NCBI GenBank assembly: GCA_049976845.1
Contig: JBMFHL010000002.1
Span: 1 to 41,430, forward strand
From: Candidatus Micrarchaeia archaeon
GTDB lineage: Archaea; Micrarchaeota; Micrarchaeia; Micrarchaeales; CABMGC01
Direction of reading: 5' to 3'
Length of the DNA stretch: 41,430 nt
The notes under the pieces: model-generated
Database searches by the model: none
Told to the model about the DNA's origin: nothing
What the model saw: the letters and a program-made list of their open reading frames with translations, nothing else
Translations under genes and position numbers: made by a program
Shown here: piece by piece, positions 32,211-40,959 of the stretch
How the letters are laid out: the number at the start of each line of letters is the position of its first letter
Position numbering within the stretch: position 1 is the first letter of the stretch

Positions 32211-33917
32211 ATGAAGACATTTTATGCGGTGGCAATATTAACATTTCTCCTTGCTTCTTCTGCAGGCTTGGCTGAATCAGCAGTATGCCCATTTGTAATA
32301 AGCGGAAACGGCAATACATACATTATGAATTATTCCATATCATGCGCAAACAATACTGTAATGTTCGCGCCTAATTCAAGCTCAAATATACTTGATTGCA
32401 ATTCCCACTCTCTCATTTCTGGGAATGATGCAATAGCATTCTTAAACAATTCATTCAACAATACAGTTGTTAATTGCACCATAGACGGCAATGTGCTGAG
32501 CATGCATGGTGCGCAGAACAACATAGTAAATTCAACTGGCAATTATAACTTAGAGTTCACTGACAATACCTCTAACATAGCCATGGGCAATTTCTTCCAC
32601 CTGCTACTATATGGCCCTGGGGGTGCATACACTATTGGGAGATTCATACAGATAATGCCCAACGAGCTCGCTGAGAAGGCGCCATATGTAGTGGCAATGA
32701 ATGTGAAGATGTCTGATTTCATAAAAGCTGCAAAGGCGTACAACATCACGCTTCCAAGATTTGGCCTTTTCCCAAATACAAGCAGCAATGGCTCAAGCTA
32801 CTTCATGCTTGAAAGTAAGCAGGTGTCTAAGAATAATATAATAAATTTCAACCCATACCTTTACGATACCCCATATTGGGGTTACGATATACTTGGCTAT
32901 ACAAGGTTCAACATAAGCAAAAACGTTGTGTTCAAGCCAACTTACCTAAGGCCTTTCATATACCAGAATGAGATATTGCCTGCAAACAAGCCTGTTTACT
33001 GGAACTATACAATAATATTCAACAACAATGAATCCAAGGTCAACAAGCTAAGGCTGCTCAACGGCTACCAGGGAGACCCAAACGCTACTGTTTCAGCAAC
33101 CTTCTACAACATAACAAGTGGTAATTTTACCTATGAGAAAGGCTTTCAGAAGCCCGGAATTTATGAATTCATAGCACTGCTTGACACGCCTTACGAGCAT
33201 GAGAATTCCACAACAGAAACATACTCTGTGGGCCTTTCTTTCTGCACCAGGAACAGTGGAGGCATAACTTCTCCTGGCTATTATCCGTTTGCATACAACT
33301 CGCTAGACCTGATTAACGTCTTCTGGCTAACAAATGAAATATGCCCTGTAGGCATGAATATAGGCGCAAGCAACGTGAGCATAAACTGCCGCGGTGGCAG
33401 TGTTCATTCAACAATTGCTGATTTCTACTCTTCATCGCAGAAAAATGTAAGCATAAGCAACTGCACACTTTACGGAAACGGTATAATCGCAGAATATTCA
33501 AGCATAACAATTTACAATACAACATTCATAGCAAATAATAGCTCTGATATTGCAATATCCTCAAACAGGTCAAGCATATACTTAAATGACGTAAAGTTTG
33601 TAAATTTCGCCAATGCAATAGAGAACAAAGATTCAAATATAACCTATGTAAGCAACACTGCAAACTCTTCAAAGCAGCCAAGCGCTACTACTATAAATAC
33701 AACATCGACAATATCAACAACTATTGCAGCAACATCACCCACAAAATCACCATCATCAACTCCAAAAACGTCAATTACGGCAGCATATCCGGAAGAGCGG
33801 CCTCCAAGCATCTTTATAATAATTTCAGTGCTGGCTTTTGTATTATTCGCTTCTGCGACATTATACTTGTTAATAGGTAGATTAAATGATTCCAAACATA
33901 GACCCAAGGGCTCTTAA
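32211..33917 (+). CDS. Secreted, C-terminally anchored surface glycoprotein with right-handed beta-helix-like (NosD/pectate-lyase-type) repeats
   Basis: Start at MKTFYAVAILTFLLASSAGLAES (ATG 32211, signal peptide); the longer track ORF would overlap the tRNA. Repeats of the type NTVVNCTIDGN and NVSISNCTLYGNGIIAEYSSITIYNTTFIANNSSDIAISSNRSSIYLNDVKF. Thr/Ser/Pro linker TTINTTSTISTTIAATSPTKSPSSTPKTS. C-terminal TM IFIIISVLAFVLFASATLYLLIG plus basic tail. Confidence 0.8.
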   Translation: MKTFYAVAILTFLLASSAGLAESAVCPFVISGNGNTYIMNYSISCANNTVMFAPNSSSNILDCNSHSLISGNDAIAFLNNSFNNTVVNCTIDGNVLSMHGAQNNIVNSTGNYNLEFTDNTSNIAMGNFFHLLLYGPGGAYTIGRFIQIMPNELAEKAPYVVAMNVKMSDFIKAAKAYNITLPRFGLFPNTSSNGSSYFMLESKQVSKNNIINFNPYLYDTPYWGYDILGYTRFNISKNVVFKPTYLRPFIYQNEILPANKPVYWNYTIIFNNNESKVNKLRLLNGYQGDPNATVSATFYNITSGNFTYEKGFQKPGIYEFIALLDTPYEHENSTTETYSVGLSFCTRNSGGITSPGYYPFAYNSLDLINVFWLTNEICPVGMNIGASNVSINCRGGSVHSTIADFYSSSQKNVSISNCTLYGNGIIAEYSSITIYNTTFIANNSSDIAISSNRSSIYLNDVKFVNFANAIENKDSNITYVSNTANSSKQPSATTINTTSTISTTIAATSPTKSPSSTPKTSITAAYPEERPPSIFIIISVLAFVLFASATLYLLIGRLNDSKHRPKGS

Positions 33918-34239
33918 AAGCATGATGGACAGGCTAGGCATGAAGAGCAAGGAGATAAGGGCAAGCAGGGTAATAATAGAAAGCGAGGAAAAGAACTTGG
34001 TTATAGAAAATCCGCAAGTGATAGCAATAGACATGCAGGGATCGCAGGTGTTCCAGATAACAGGCGCAGCACGCGAGGTAGAAAAGGAATACAAGCTAGA
34101 GATAACGGAAGATGACATAAAGTTTGTGAGCGAGCAATCCGGGGTTTCTGATGCGGACTCGGTAAGAAAAGCGATAGAGGAATCGAATGGAGATCTGGCG
34201 CAGGCCATAATGAAGCTGAAAGGTAGCAATGCGGTTTAG
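33886..34239 (+). CDS. nac: Nascent polypeptide-associated complex protein (NAC, with C-terminal UBA-like domain)
   Basis: MIPNIDPRALKSMMDRLGMK ... VIIESEEKNLVIENPQVIAIDMQGSQVFQI is the NAC domain. SDADSVRKAIEESNGDLAQAIMKL is UBA-like. It overlaps the upstream gene by 32 nt. Confidence 0.85.
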   Translation: MIPNIDPRALKSMMDRLGMKSKEIRASRVIIESEEKNLVIENPQVIAIDMQGSQVFQITGAAREVEKEYKLEITEDDIKFVSEQSGVSDADSVRKAIEESNGDLAQAIMKLKGSNAV

Positions 34240-34541
34240 TCTATTTTGAAGATCTGCAGGAATGGTATACCTGCAACAGTCTTCTCGTCTCCATGCTTGG
34301 CAAGCCCAGCATTTACAACTGCCTCTATAGCCCTTTTTCCCACTATATTGGCAGAGTAGATATCATCGTCAAAAATATTCATTGCATCCTCTTCGCTTAC
34401 AAGCTCTCCTTTGTAAAAACCCGAGTATTTGCTTAAGTCAATCACAATGTCTCCTTCTTTAATAACCTTGCCTATGAGCTCCTCATCGCACATTGCGACA
34501 ATCGCGCCTCTCTCGGCTTCATATCTCTTGAAATAAATCAT
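34236..34541 (-). CDS. DUF424-family protein
   Basis: The GAIVAMCDEELIGK pattern and ~100-aa size are typical of archaeal DUF424 proteins. Confidence 0.65.
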   Translation of the reverse strand: MIYFKRYEAERGAIVAMCDEELIGKVIKEGDIVIDLSKYSGFYKGELVSEEDAMNIFDDDIYSANIVGKRAIEAVVNAGLAKHGDEKTVAGIPFLQIFKID

Positions 34542-34545
34542 ATAC

Positions 34546-35811
34546 TCATCTTTTCAGTCTCTTTGACCTTTTCTTGCCCCTGTTTTTTACCTCAGTCTCA
34601 AATCTCCTTGCATACATAAACATGCCAAAAGTGGTTATGACATTTGTAATTAGAACCACTATAAATATCATGTCAAGGAACCCTGGTATAACCAATCCCA
34701 ATGCCACTGGCATAGTTGCAACTATTGTGGGAGACAAACCTCTGGCAACATCGTAGCTTGCAAGCGTGCGCTCGCTCTTGAAGTTCCTAGCATTGAAAAG
34801 CTTATTGAGCATTGGTACAAAAAGTATCCTCAATACCCATATAAATAGTGCCAGGACAAGTCCTACAAGAAGCAGCACCAGCGTGGCGTTGCTGATGCTG
34901 AAAAGCAGTCCTATATATACAAAGAAGAACGTGCTAACAAAGAACGTTATCTCCTTCTGGTACTCACGTATATGCACGAATTCCTTCTTTATATCATAGG
35001 TATACTTCTCGAAGAATTTTGAGAGCTTTGGTATATTGGCTAAAAATATACCGAAGGTGAATATAGCCATTGCGCCGTTGAACCCTATAGCCTGTGCCAA
35101 GCCATAGGTTGCAATGACCATTGTCATAGTAAGCATCCAGCTGTATTCTTTGCTATAGTAAGAGAATTGCTTTAGTATGAAGACCCAGAAGAATGCAAAG
35201 CCTATGCCGAAGAGTGTGGAGCCGACTATGAAATCGAACAGCATTTGCGCACCTGTAGATACCTCTAAACTGCCAGCTTGCAGCATGTAGAAAAGTATGA
35301 TAGGTATTATAAGCTCCAACGAGTCCGTGGCAACGCTCTCGAAGATGAGTGCAGCCTTAAGCTTCTTGTTTATTTTTGATATCCTTACAAGTGTAGGCAG
35401 TATTATGCTGCTAGGCCCAGAAAGCGCGAAGCCTGCTATAAAAGCTATGACAATGCTCCAGTGAAGCATCAGCCATATTGCTATGCCGAGTACTATGCCT
35501 GTCGTTACAGAAAGCGCGAAGGTGAATTTGGTTATCCTTGCTATGACTTTTCCAAGTGTAAATATATTTATATTGAGCCCTACCTCGAATAATACGAATG
35601 CTATTGCTATTGCAGTAACATATGGGGATATCATCGACACGATGCTGTTTTGCGACGTGTTTATAGTGTGCAAAACCGGGCCTATTAGCAAGCCTATGAG
35701 CATTAGTGGCAATATGCTTGCAATTTTTATCCTAGAGAACAGTGCATTTAATATATAGCCTAGGAAGACTATACCTGCGAATACCAAAAAAAGCAAAGTC
35801 ACGCTAAGCAA
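34546..35811 (-). CDS. Cation:proton antiporter (Na+/H+ exchanger family)
   Basis: 421 aa with about 11-12 TM helices. Overall pattern of the CPA/Kef-type transporter domain (LPLMLIGLLIGP ... ATDSLELIIPI). Basic C-terminal tail. Assignment is by architecture and motif resemblance. Confidence 0.7.
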   Translation of the reverse strand: MLSVTLLFLVFAGIVFLGYILNALFSRIKIASILPLMLIGLLIGPVLHTINTSQNSIVSMISPYVTAIAIAFVLFEVGLNINIFTLGKVIARITKFTFALSVTTGIVLGIAIWLMLHWSIVIAFIAGFALSGPSSIILPTLVRISKINKKLKAALIFESVATDSLELIIPIILFYMLQAGSLEVSTGAQMLFDFIVGSTLFGIGFAFFWVFILKQFSYYSKEYSWMLTMTMVIATYGLAQAIGFNGAMAIFTFGIFLANIPKLSKFFEKYTYDIKKEFVHIREYQKEITFFVSTFFFVYIGLLFSISNATLVLLLVGLVLALFIWVLRILFVPMLNKLFNARNFKSERTLASYDVARGLSPTIVATMPVALGLVIPGFLDMIFIVVLITNVITTFGMFMYARRFETEVKNRGKKRSKRLKR

Positions 35812-35872
35812 TCAAACACCTTAAATTAAATCTCAACTAACTACTAAAAGCTTTGTGCATAAATTTGCAATA

Positions 35873-37498
35873 CTATCCATACTTATAAAAGAAATAGAAT
35901 GTCGAGCTGTAAAGTATTGAATACCACACAAGCCAAACTCCTCCTGAGAAATTGTTTGCTACGAATGCAAATATACCCAAGCCAAAGAGGCTTGCTGAAA
36001 ACGCCATTTCAGTAATTGAATTCCTCAAAGCAGTTGCAAACCTATTGTTGGCACTGCTTCCTCCTTTTATCCATTTTGTTGTCGGATTTGCATGCAACAG
36101 GGCTGCAATCGCCGCCTTTGTCCTTATTATGGCCAAGGCAAAATTGAGTAGAAATATCATTATGCCGTATCTGAATGACTTGAAATATATCCTTGAGACT
36201 ATTATCGGCGCTAAGAAAGACAGCAGCAGTGCCAATATGCCATAAACCTCAAGGTAGAACTTGAAATAAAGAGGGTTTATTAGGTCGCTGAGGGATTGCC
36301 TGGCAAACGGAAAGTTTGAAAAAACTATCAATATAGAAAGTATTGTAAAGAGTATAAGCACAACAGACAAGTAGTTGAGCCCGAAGCCCAGGCTTATGTA
36401 ATCAACGTGCTCAGAGATCTTGAACTTCCTTTGCCTCGATTTCTTCATGTAATATCCAAGAAACTGCGTGCCTCCATAATTGTAGCGCCACTGCTGCCTT
36501 GCAAAAGAAGTAAACTTGTTCATCGGCCTGCCGAGCGCGTACGTCTTTGGCACATAAACTCCCTTGTAATTTTTCATCTTGGCCTCAAAAGAGAAGAACG
36601 TATCCTCTATTATATACTCTGGGAAGCCACTGATTTCGTCCAATGCCTTTCTCCTTACTATGCCGCAGGAGCCTGCGAATATTGAGGTGTTATGCGATGC
36701 CCTTGAAGGCTGCACAAACGAGAAGAAGAAGCTGTTGAAAAGGTTTATAGAATTGGCGAAGAAATTGCTGTTTGCATACCTCTTTTCAGTCTGCACATAG
36801 CCTATTTTGCTGTTTTCAAAATAAGGGAGCAGCTCCAGCAAAAATCTTTTGTTGACAAGATACTCATCAGCATCGAATATAGCTATCATCTCTTCATTTG
36901 AATATTTCATGAAATTGTTCAGGGCTCCCGCCTTAAAGCCCTCCCTATTATTCCTGTGAATGAGCATCACGCCAGTATCTTCTGCAACCTTTTTAATGCC
37001 TTCGACAATTTCTGGCTTAGTAGAATCGTCAACAAGATAATATCTGAGCTTATCCTTTGGGTATTCTATTTTCTTCAGTCTCTTTATAGTGTTCTCAACA
37101 ATCTTAGGATTCTCGTTGTATACTGGAATAACTATGGCGACAGTGAAGAACTTATGCAATTTCCTTTCAAGCACCTTGGATTTCTTTAGCTCCTTCTCAT
37201 AGAAATAGGAGTCATAGTAAGAGAATGCGGCAAGTGTGTTGAAGAAAGCAGCAATAACGCTAAGCAGTATGAATATTGCCGCTATAATCACTGTAGATAA
37301 ATTCATAGCTATCGAGACAAGGTATATTGAGAAGCCTATGCTAACCACATCCAGGAACAGGATCAAAGGTATTGTCATAAACCTTGCAAGTCTCTCCTTC
37401 TCCAAAGCAAGCACCTTCATAAAGCCATTTAAAATATTATTAGCTAAATCTATATATACTGATTTATTTTTATCCTTTTGCAGTTTTGCAATAGCCAA
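35873..37498 (-). CDS. Family 2 glycosyltransferase, processive polysaccharide-synthase type (cellulose/chitin/PNAG-synthase-like)
   Basis: IVIPVYNENP, LVDDST, IAIFDADE (DxD), GSCGIVRRKAL and a QQWRYNYG (QxxRW-like) motif. N-terminal TMs and about 5 C-terminal TMs flank the catalytic domain. The track start is TTG at 37498; an internal ATG (MKVLALEK) is an alternative. Confidence 0.8.
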   Translation of the reverse strand: MAIAKLQKDKNKSVYIDLANNILNGFMKVLALEKERLARFMTIPLILFLDVVSIGFSIYLVSIAMNLSTVIIAAIFILLSVIAAFFNTLAAFSYYDSYFYEKELKKSKVLERKLHKFFTVAIVIPVYNENPKIVENTIKRLKKIEYPKDKLRYYLVDDSTKPEIVEGIKKVAEDTGVMLIHRNNREGFKAGALNNFMKYSNEEMIAIFDADEYLVNKRFLLELLPYFENSKIGYVQTEKRYANSNFFANSINLFNSFFFSFVQPSRASHNTSIFAGSCGIVRRKALDEISGFPEYIIEDTFFSFEAKMKNYKGVYVPKTYALGRPMNKFTSFARQQWRYNYGGTQFLGYYMKKSRQRKFKISEHVDYISLGFGLNYLSVVLILFTILSILIVFSNFPFARQSLSDLINPLYFKFYLEVYGILALLLSFLAPIIVSRIYFKSFRYGIMIFLLNFALAIIRTKAAIAALLHANPTTKWIKGGSSANNRFATALRNSITEMAFSASLFGLGIFAFVANNFSGGVWLVWYSILYSSTFYFFYKYG

Positions 37499-37582
37499 GC
37501 CAGAGCATGCTTTTAGCAGCCTTTAGCAACTTTTAGGAAGCATTTCGGTATATATTTTAATTTATACTACCTATTTTTCAGT

Positions 37583-37679
37583 GCCGGGATGGCGGAACCA
37601 GGCAACGCGCCAGAAAATGGCGAAACTCGAGATCTGGTTTCCCCTCGGGGATCTTTGGGTTCAAATCCCAATCCCGGCG
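37583..37679 (+). tRNA. tRNA-Ser (anticodon CGA) with an 11-nt insertion/intron at a non-canonical position (5' of the anticodon loop)
   Basis: Manual fold. Acceptor GCCGGGA/TCCCGGC, discriminator G. 3-bp D stem GCG/CGC with an 11-nt loop (class II style). Anticodon stem CCAGA (37610..37614) / TCTGG (37633..37637). Long variable arm TCCCC-TC-GGGGA. T arm TTGGG-TTCAAAT-CCCAA. The 18 nt between the anticodon stem halves are AAATGGCGAAA plus CTCGAGA. Only the 3' 7 nt give a proper loop (C32 U33 CGA G37 A38), implying an 11-nt intron at about 37615..37625. Confidence 0.75.
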
Positions 37680-37746
37680 CATATTTTTGCCTAATCCTGC
37701 AGTGGAATATCAATGAAGTTTGGCTGTGGCTAATCTTTTGCGAATG

Positions 37747-38997
37747 CTATGCTATTTGCTCAGAAGCAATGCCTTCTAATTTGAAGTCGTCTGCTTTTGT
37801 AAACTCGTTTATGAGCAGCGTTGCATATGAGCCGGCAGGCAGCGAAAAGCTGAAATTGGCTTCAGTGCCATTGGCAGTGAAGGAGAAGTCTTTGAACGGC
37901 GCGAAGCAAGGCCTGTAAGAGCCTTTCATGCTAAGTTCAGGCATGCCCTTTATCTTGAAATCCTCCTTAGCTATGCCCAAGCCCAGCATCACCTCTTTCT
38001 CATAGTCGCTAATATGCTTGTCGTCGCTTTCATAACCAATGAGGTTCAACACAGGAAAATCGCCAGAAGCTCCAACTGAAGAAATGTCAGGAAATTTATA
38101 TTCGTTTGTGCCGCAGCGCAAGCCAGAGGCGGATTCCAATGTAATGCCATCTTTTACCATTTTTTCAAGCGCAGCGTTGAATATGTAATCCTCTACAGCA
38201 TGCACAAAAACAAGGCCTATGCCCCTTGGTATCTTCCTTATTGCATTGGCGAAATTTCCAGGATACCTATGCAGATAATCGAGCATGGCTCTCTCGTGCT
38301 TGAGGTATTTAGGGAAATACTCAAGGGCTTTGCCAAAATCCCTCTCTTCTCTTAGCCTCTTTCTTGCCGCAATTGCCGCTTCGCTAGTCTCAGAAGCAGT
38401 AGCTGTGAGTATCTCCATGGCAGCAGCTTCAAAATCTCCTTTGAGTATGTCTATGCCTACTATATGATTATTCATCCTTGTCCCAAACCTCTGCCTGTCA
38501 AAATAATTAGGCATTATGCCATTTAGCTCAGCGGCAGTTTTTTCTATTTCTTCAATGCCCTTAGCTCCGACAACTTTTATAGTGAAGTTGTTTCCTACCA
38601 AATCCCCAATCTTTATTCCAGCAGTTGAGCTCCATGCTCCATTTATAGATATATCTTTTACATTAACGCTTTTCACTGCCTCTGGAGACACGCCATAGAT
38701 GCTGATTAACTGCACTGTAGTGGCAATCCTATCTTTCATGCCCGCGTAGCCGACAGATTTTCTGCCTCTTCCTAGCCTTTTTGCAACTGCAGTCGCAGCT
38801 TCCTGGGTGCTCCAATTAGATTTCTGAAGTACAATAGTAGAGAACTTGCCACCAGCTTCTCCAATCCTCTCATACCTCTTGCCAAGCTCAAGCACTGTGC
38901 AATCTTTTGTTATCTCCCTTACTAAAAAATCTTCAGCACTGGTTTTTATGCTCCCCCCGATGCCCTTGGTTTTTGATAATGTTTGCATACTAAGCAC
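37747..38997 (-). CDS. truD: tRNA pseudouridine synthase TruD/Pus7
   Basis: GIGGSIKTSAEDFLVREI and GYAGMKDRIATTVQ (catalytic Asp motif) are diagnostic of TruD. 416 aa. The start may be the internal ATG at 38988, which would remove the 8-nt overlap with the upstream gene. Confidence 0.85.
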   Translation of the reverse strand: MLSMQTLSKTKGIGGSIKTSAEDFLVREITKDCTVLELGKRYERIGEAGGKFSTIVLQKSNWSTQEAATAVAKRLGRGRKSVGYAGMKDRIATTVQLISIYGVSPEAVKSVNVKDISINGAWSSTAGIKIGDLVGNNFTIKVVGAKGIEEIEKTAAELNGIMPNYFDRQRFGTRMNNHIVGIDILKGDFEAAAMEILTATASETSEAAIAARKRLREERDFGKALEYFPKYLKHERAMLDYLHRYPGNFANAIRKIPRGIGLVFVHAVEDYIFNAALEKMVKDGITLESASGLRCGTNEYKFPDISSVGASGDFPVLNLIGYESDDKHISDYEKEVMLGLGIAKEDFKIKGMPELSMKGSYRPCFAPFKDFSFTANGTEANFSFSLPAGSYATLLINEFTKADDFKLEGIASEQIA

Positions 38998-40174
38998 TGC
39001 CCCTAGGCGCCATGCCTTTGTTGTGCTTTTCCGGATCCGTCATGTTGAAATAAATCTCAAAGAAGGGGTTCATGTTCCCTTTCAACACAGGCCATGCAAG
39101 ATACTTCATTCCCAGTTTCATAAGGTAGCTTGTCGTCGAAGGCTTCAGTTTCACCGCAGGCGCAGTGTAAGAGCTTATTACAAACGTGGCTTTGCGATAG
39201 CCAAATTCGAATGGGCAGTGCGTCCTCCCATTGAATTTTGCATCTGCACCCCTAAGCCTTTCGCTTATCACTTTGGATTGTATATGGCCAGTAACTGCTG
39301 ACTTTGATGAAGGTATGTCTGTTGCATCTCCTATGCAGAATGCATCGTCATAATTCCCAATGTTGAGCTTGAACTTGTCTGTCTTTACAAATCCGTCAGA
39401 ATCGGAGAAATCCTTCACAATGCCGGCACCTACGTGCGGCGGCACCAATGCCGCGAGGTCATAATGTATAACATCGCCTTCTATAGATCTTATCGTCCTG
39501 TTTGTTGTATCTATAGCTTCGGCATCAAAGAATGTCATTATGTTGATTCCGCGCTCCTTCATTGCCTTCTCAGCAAACTCGTTGATTGGCTCAGCCGGGT
39601 AAGCCCTCGGGAAAGGCGTTACGAATGTTATATTTGTCTTAGGCTTCAGCTTATGCTTATTTACATACTCCTCGAACATGAATGCAGCTTCATCAGGCGA
39701 AGGCGGGCACTTGTATGTTGGGTATGTAATGCCTATAACCACGTTGCCGCCAGTGAAACTCTTCACCTTGCTCCAGAGCCTCTGCGCGCCCGCGGTGTCG
39801 CTGTGGGTATCACCAAACTCCTCAAAAAGCGCCTTGTGGCCTGGTATTTTGCTGTAGTCTCCCCTGCTTCCAGTGTCTACGACAACATAATCATAGCCTA
39901 TCTCACTATCGCTTAATATAATCTTTCTCTCAGCCAGATCAACCTGCTTAACCTCCTTGTTTATAAAGTTCGCCTTCCTTGGAAGAAGCTTTCTCTTCTC
40001 GATCTTCTTCTCCTTTGCGCCTTTGAACGCTATGTGCAATTGCCATGGCTGGAAATAATGCATAGTAGATTTGTCAATCAATGTGACATCGAAATCTTTG
40101 ATGAGGCGATGCGCAAGGATTATGCCTCCGTCCCCGCATCCTACTATTACAACCTTTTTCTTCTCCATTTGCAT
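38990..40174 (-). CDS. FAD-dependent pyridine nucleotide-disulfide oxidoreductase, sulfide:quinone oxidoreductase-like
   Basis: N-terminal Rossmann VVIVGCGDGGI. CIGDATDIPSSKS FAD motif. Conserved Cys contexts YKCPPSPDE and THCPFEFG. About 394 aa. Adjacent to tusA and dsrE homologs. Confidence 0.7.
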   Translation of the reverse strand: MQMEKKKVVIVGCGDGGIILAHRLIKDFDVTLIDKSTMHYFQPWQLHIAFKGAKEKKIEKRKLLPRKANFINKEVKQVDLAERKIILSDSEIGYDYVVVDTGSRGDYSKIPGHKALFEEFGDTHSDTAGAQRLWSKVKSFTGGNVVIGITYPTYKCPPSPDEAAFMFEEYVNKHKLKPKTNITFVTPFPRAYPAEPINEFAEKAMKERGINIMTFFDAEAIDTTNRTIRSIEGDVIHYDLAALVPPHVGAGIVKDFSDSDGFVKTDKFKLNIGNYDDAFCIGDATDIPSSKSAVTGHIQSKVISERLRGADAKFNGRTHCPFEFGYRKATFVISSYTAPAVKLKPSTTSYLMKLGMKYLAWPVLKGNMNPFFEIYFNMTDPEKHNKGMAPRGSA

Positions 40175-40178
40175 GCCT

Positions 40179-40415
40179 CTACCTGTTGAGTATCTTTATA
40201 GTCACTTTTATTACTCCGTTTTCTTCCTTTACATCGACAATCTGATTTTTTGTCCTCTCCGCCCATGCATTCGCATCGGATTTTATCCCAGGGTCAGTGG
40301 CCCATACCTCTATTACATCACCAACCTTAGCTTCCCTATATGCCTTTGACAATTCTACTATTGGGCCTGGGCAGCTTGAGCCCCTTGCGTCCACTATCTT
40401 TTTTTCATCTGACAT
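40179..40415 (-). CDS. tusA: TusA/SirA-family sulfur carrier protein
   Basis: DARGSSCPGPIVEL (CPxP active-site motif). 78 aa. Confidence 0.85.
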   Translation of the reverse strand: MSDEKKIVDARGSSCPGPIVELSKAYREAKVGDVIEVWATDPGIKSDANAWAERTKNQIVDVKEENGVIKVTIKILNR

Positions 40416-40448
40416 ACCTACACCATCAATTCATGATAATATTAAAAA

Positions 40449-40871
40449 TCATATAAAGAGCGTTTGGCCGCCTTCGGCATTTTGCAAAAACGTTGCAGCT
40501 CCAACTATATCATCTACTAAATCATTGAGCATCTCCTTTTTTATATTCATTACTCCTGCCATTGTCGAACAGGCATAAACCTTCGCGCCAAGCTCCTTAG
40601 CGCTTTTCAGCATGTCATACCATGATTCTACTTTAGATCTTTTCAAGCCCTCAACAAGCATCGGCGCCATATCCTTGAACTCGCTTGGAAACGGGAGCTC
40701 CTTTGCATCTTTCATAAAGCCAAGCAGAGCCCAGCCTGTCACAAACACATTGACCTCGAAGCCCATAGCCGTCGCAGCCTGCGAGAGTATGCCAAGCGGA
40801 AGGAATTTGTCAGCTGTGCCGCTGAACATTATTATTGAGAGTTTGCTTTTTCCTGCAGCATTGTCGGTCAT
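40449..40871 (-). CDS. DsrE/DsrF-like sulfur-relay family protein
   Basis: LSIIMFSGTADKFLPLGILSQAATAMGFEVNVFVTGWAL and VYACSTMAGVM (candidate active-site Cys) fit the DsrE fold family. 140 aa. Linked to tusA. Confidence 0.7.
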   Translation of the reverse strand: MTDNAAGKSKLSIIMFSGTADKFLPLGILSQAATAMGFEVNVFVTGWALLGFMKDAKELPFPSEFKDMAPMLVEGLKRSKVESWYDMLKSAKELGAKVYACSTMAGVMNIKKEMLNDLVDDIVGAATFLQNAEGGQTLFI

Positions 40872-40959
40872 TTAACCACTAATCCAATTACTTCGGAAAA
40901 AGATAAAAAGCAGTGCTTATAAAAGTAGGAACCTGACAAATTATAAATCTTTCATTCGT

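Noticed and set aside
37589-37918. Track ORF 37589..37918 (+), 109 aa
   Set aside because: It overlaps tRNA-Ser almost completely, and its 3' end is antisense to truD. The translation has no protein-like features.
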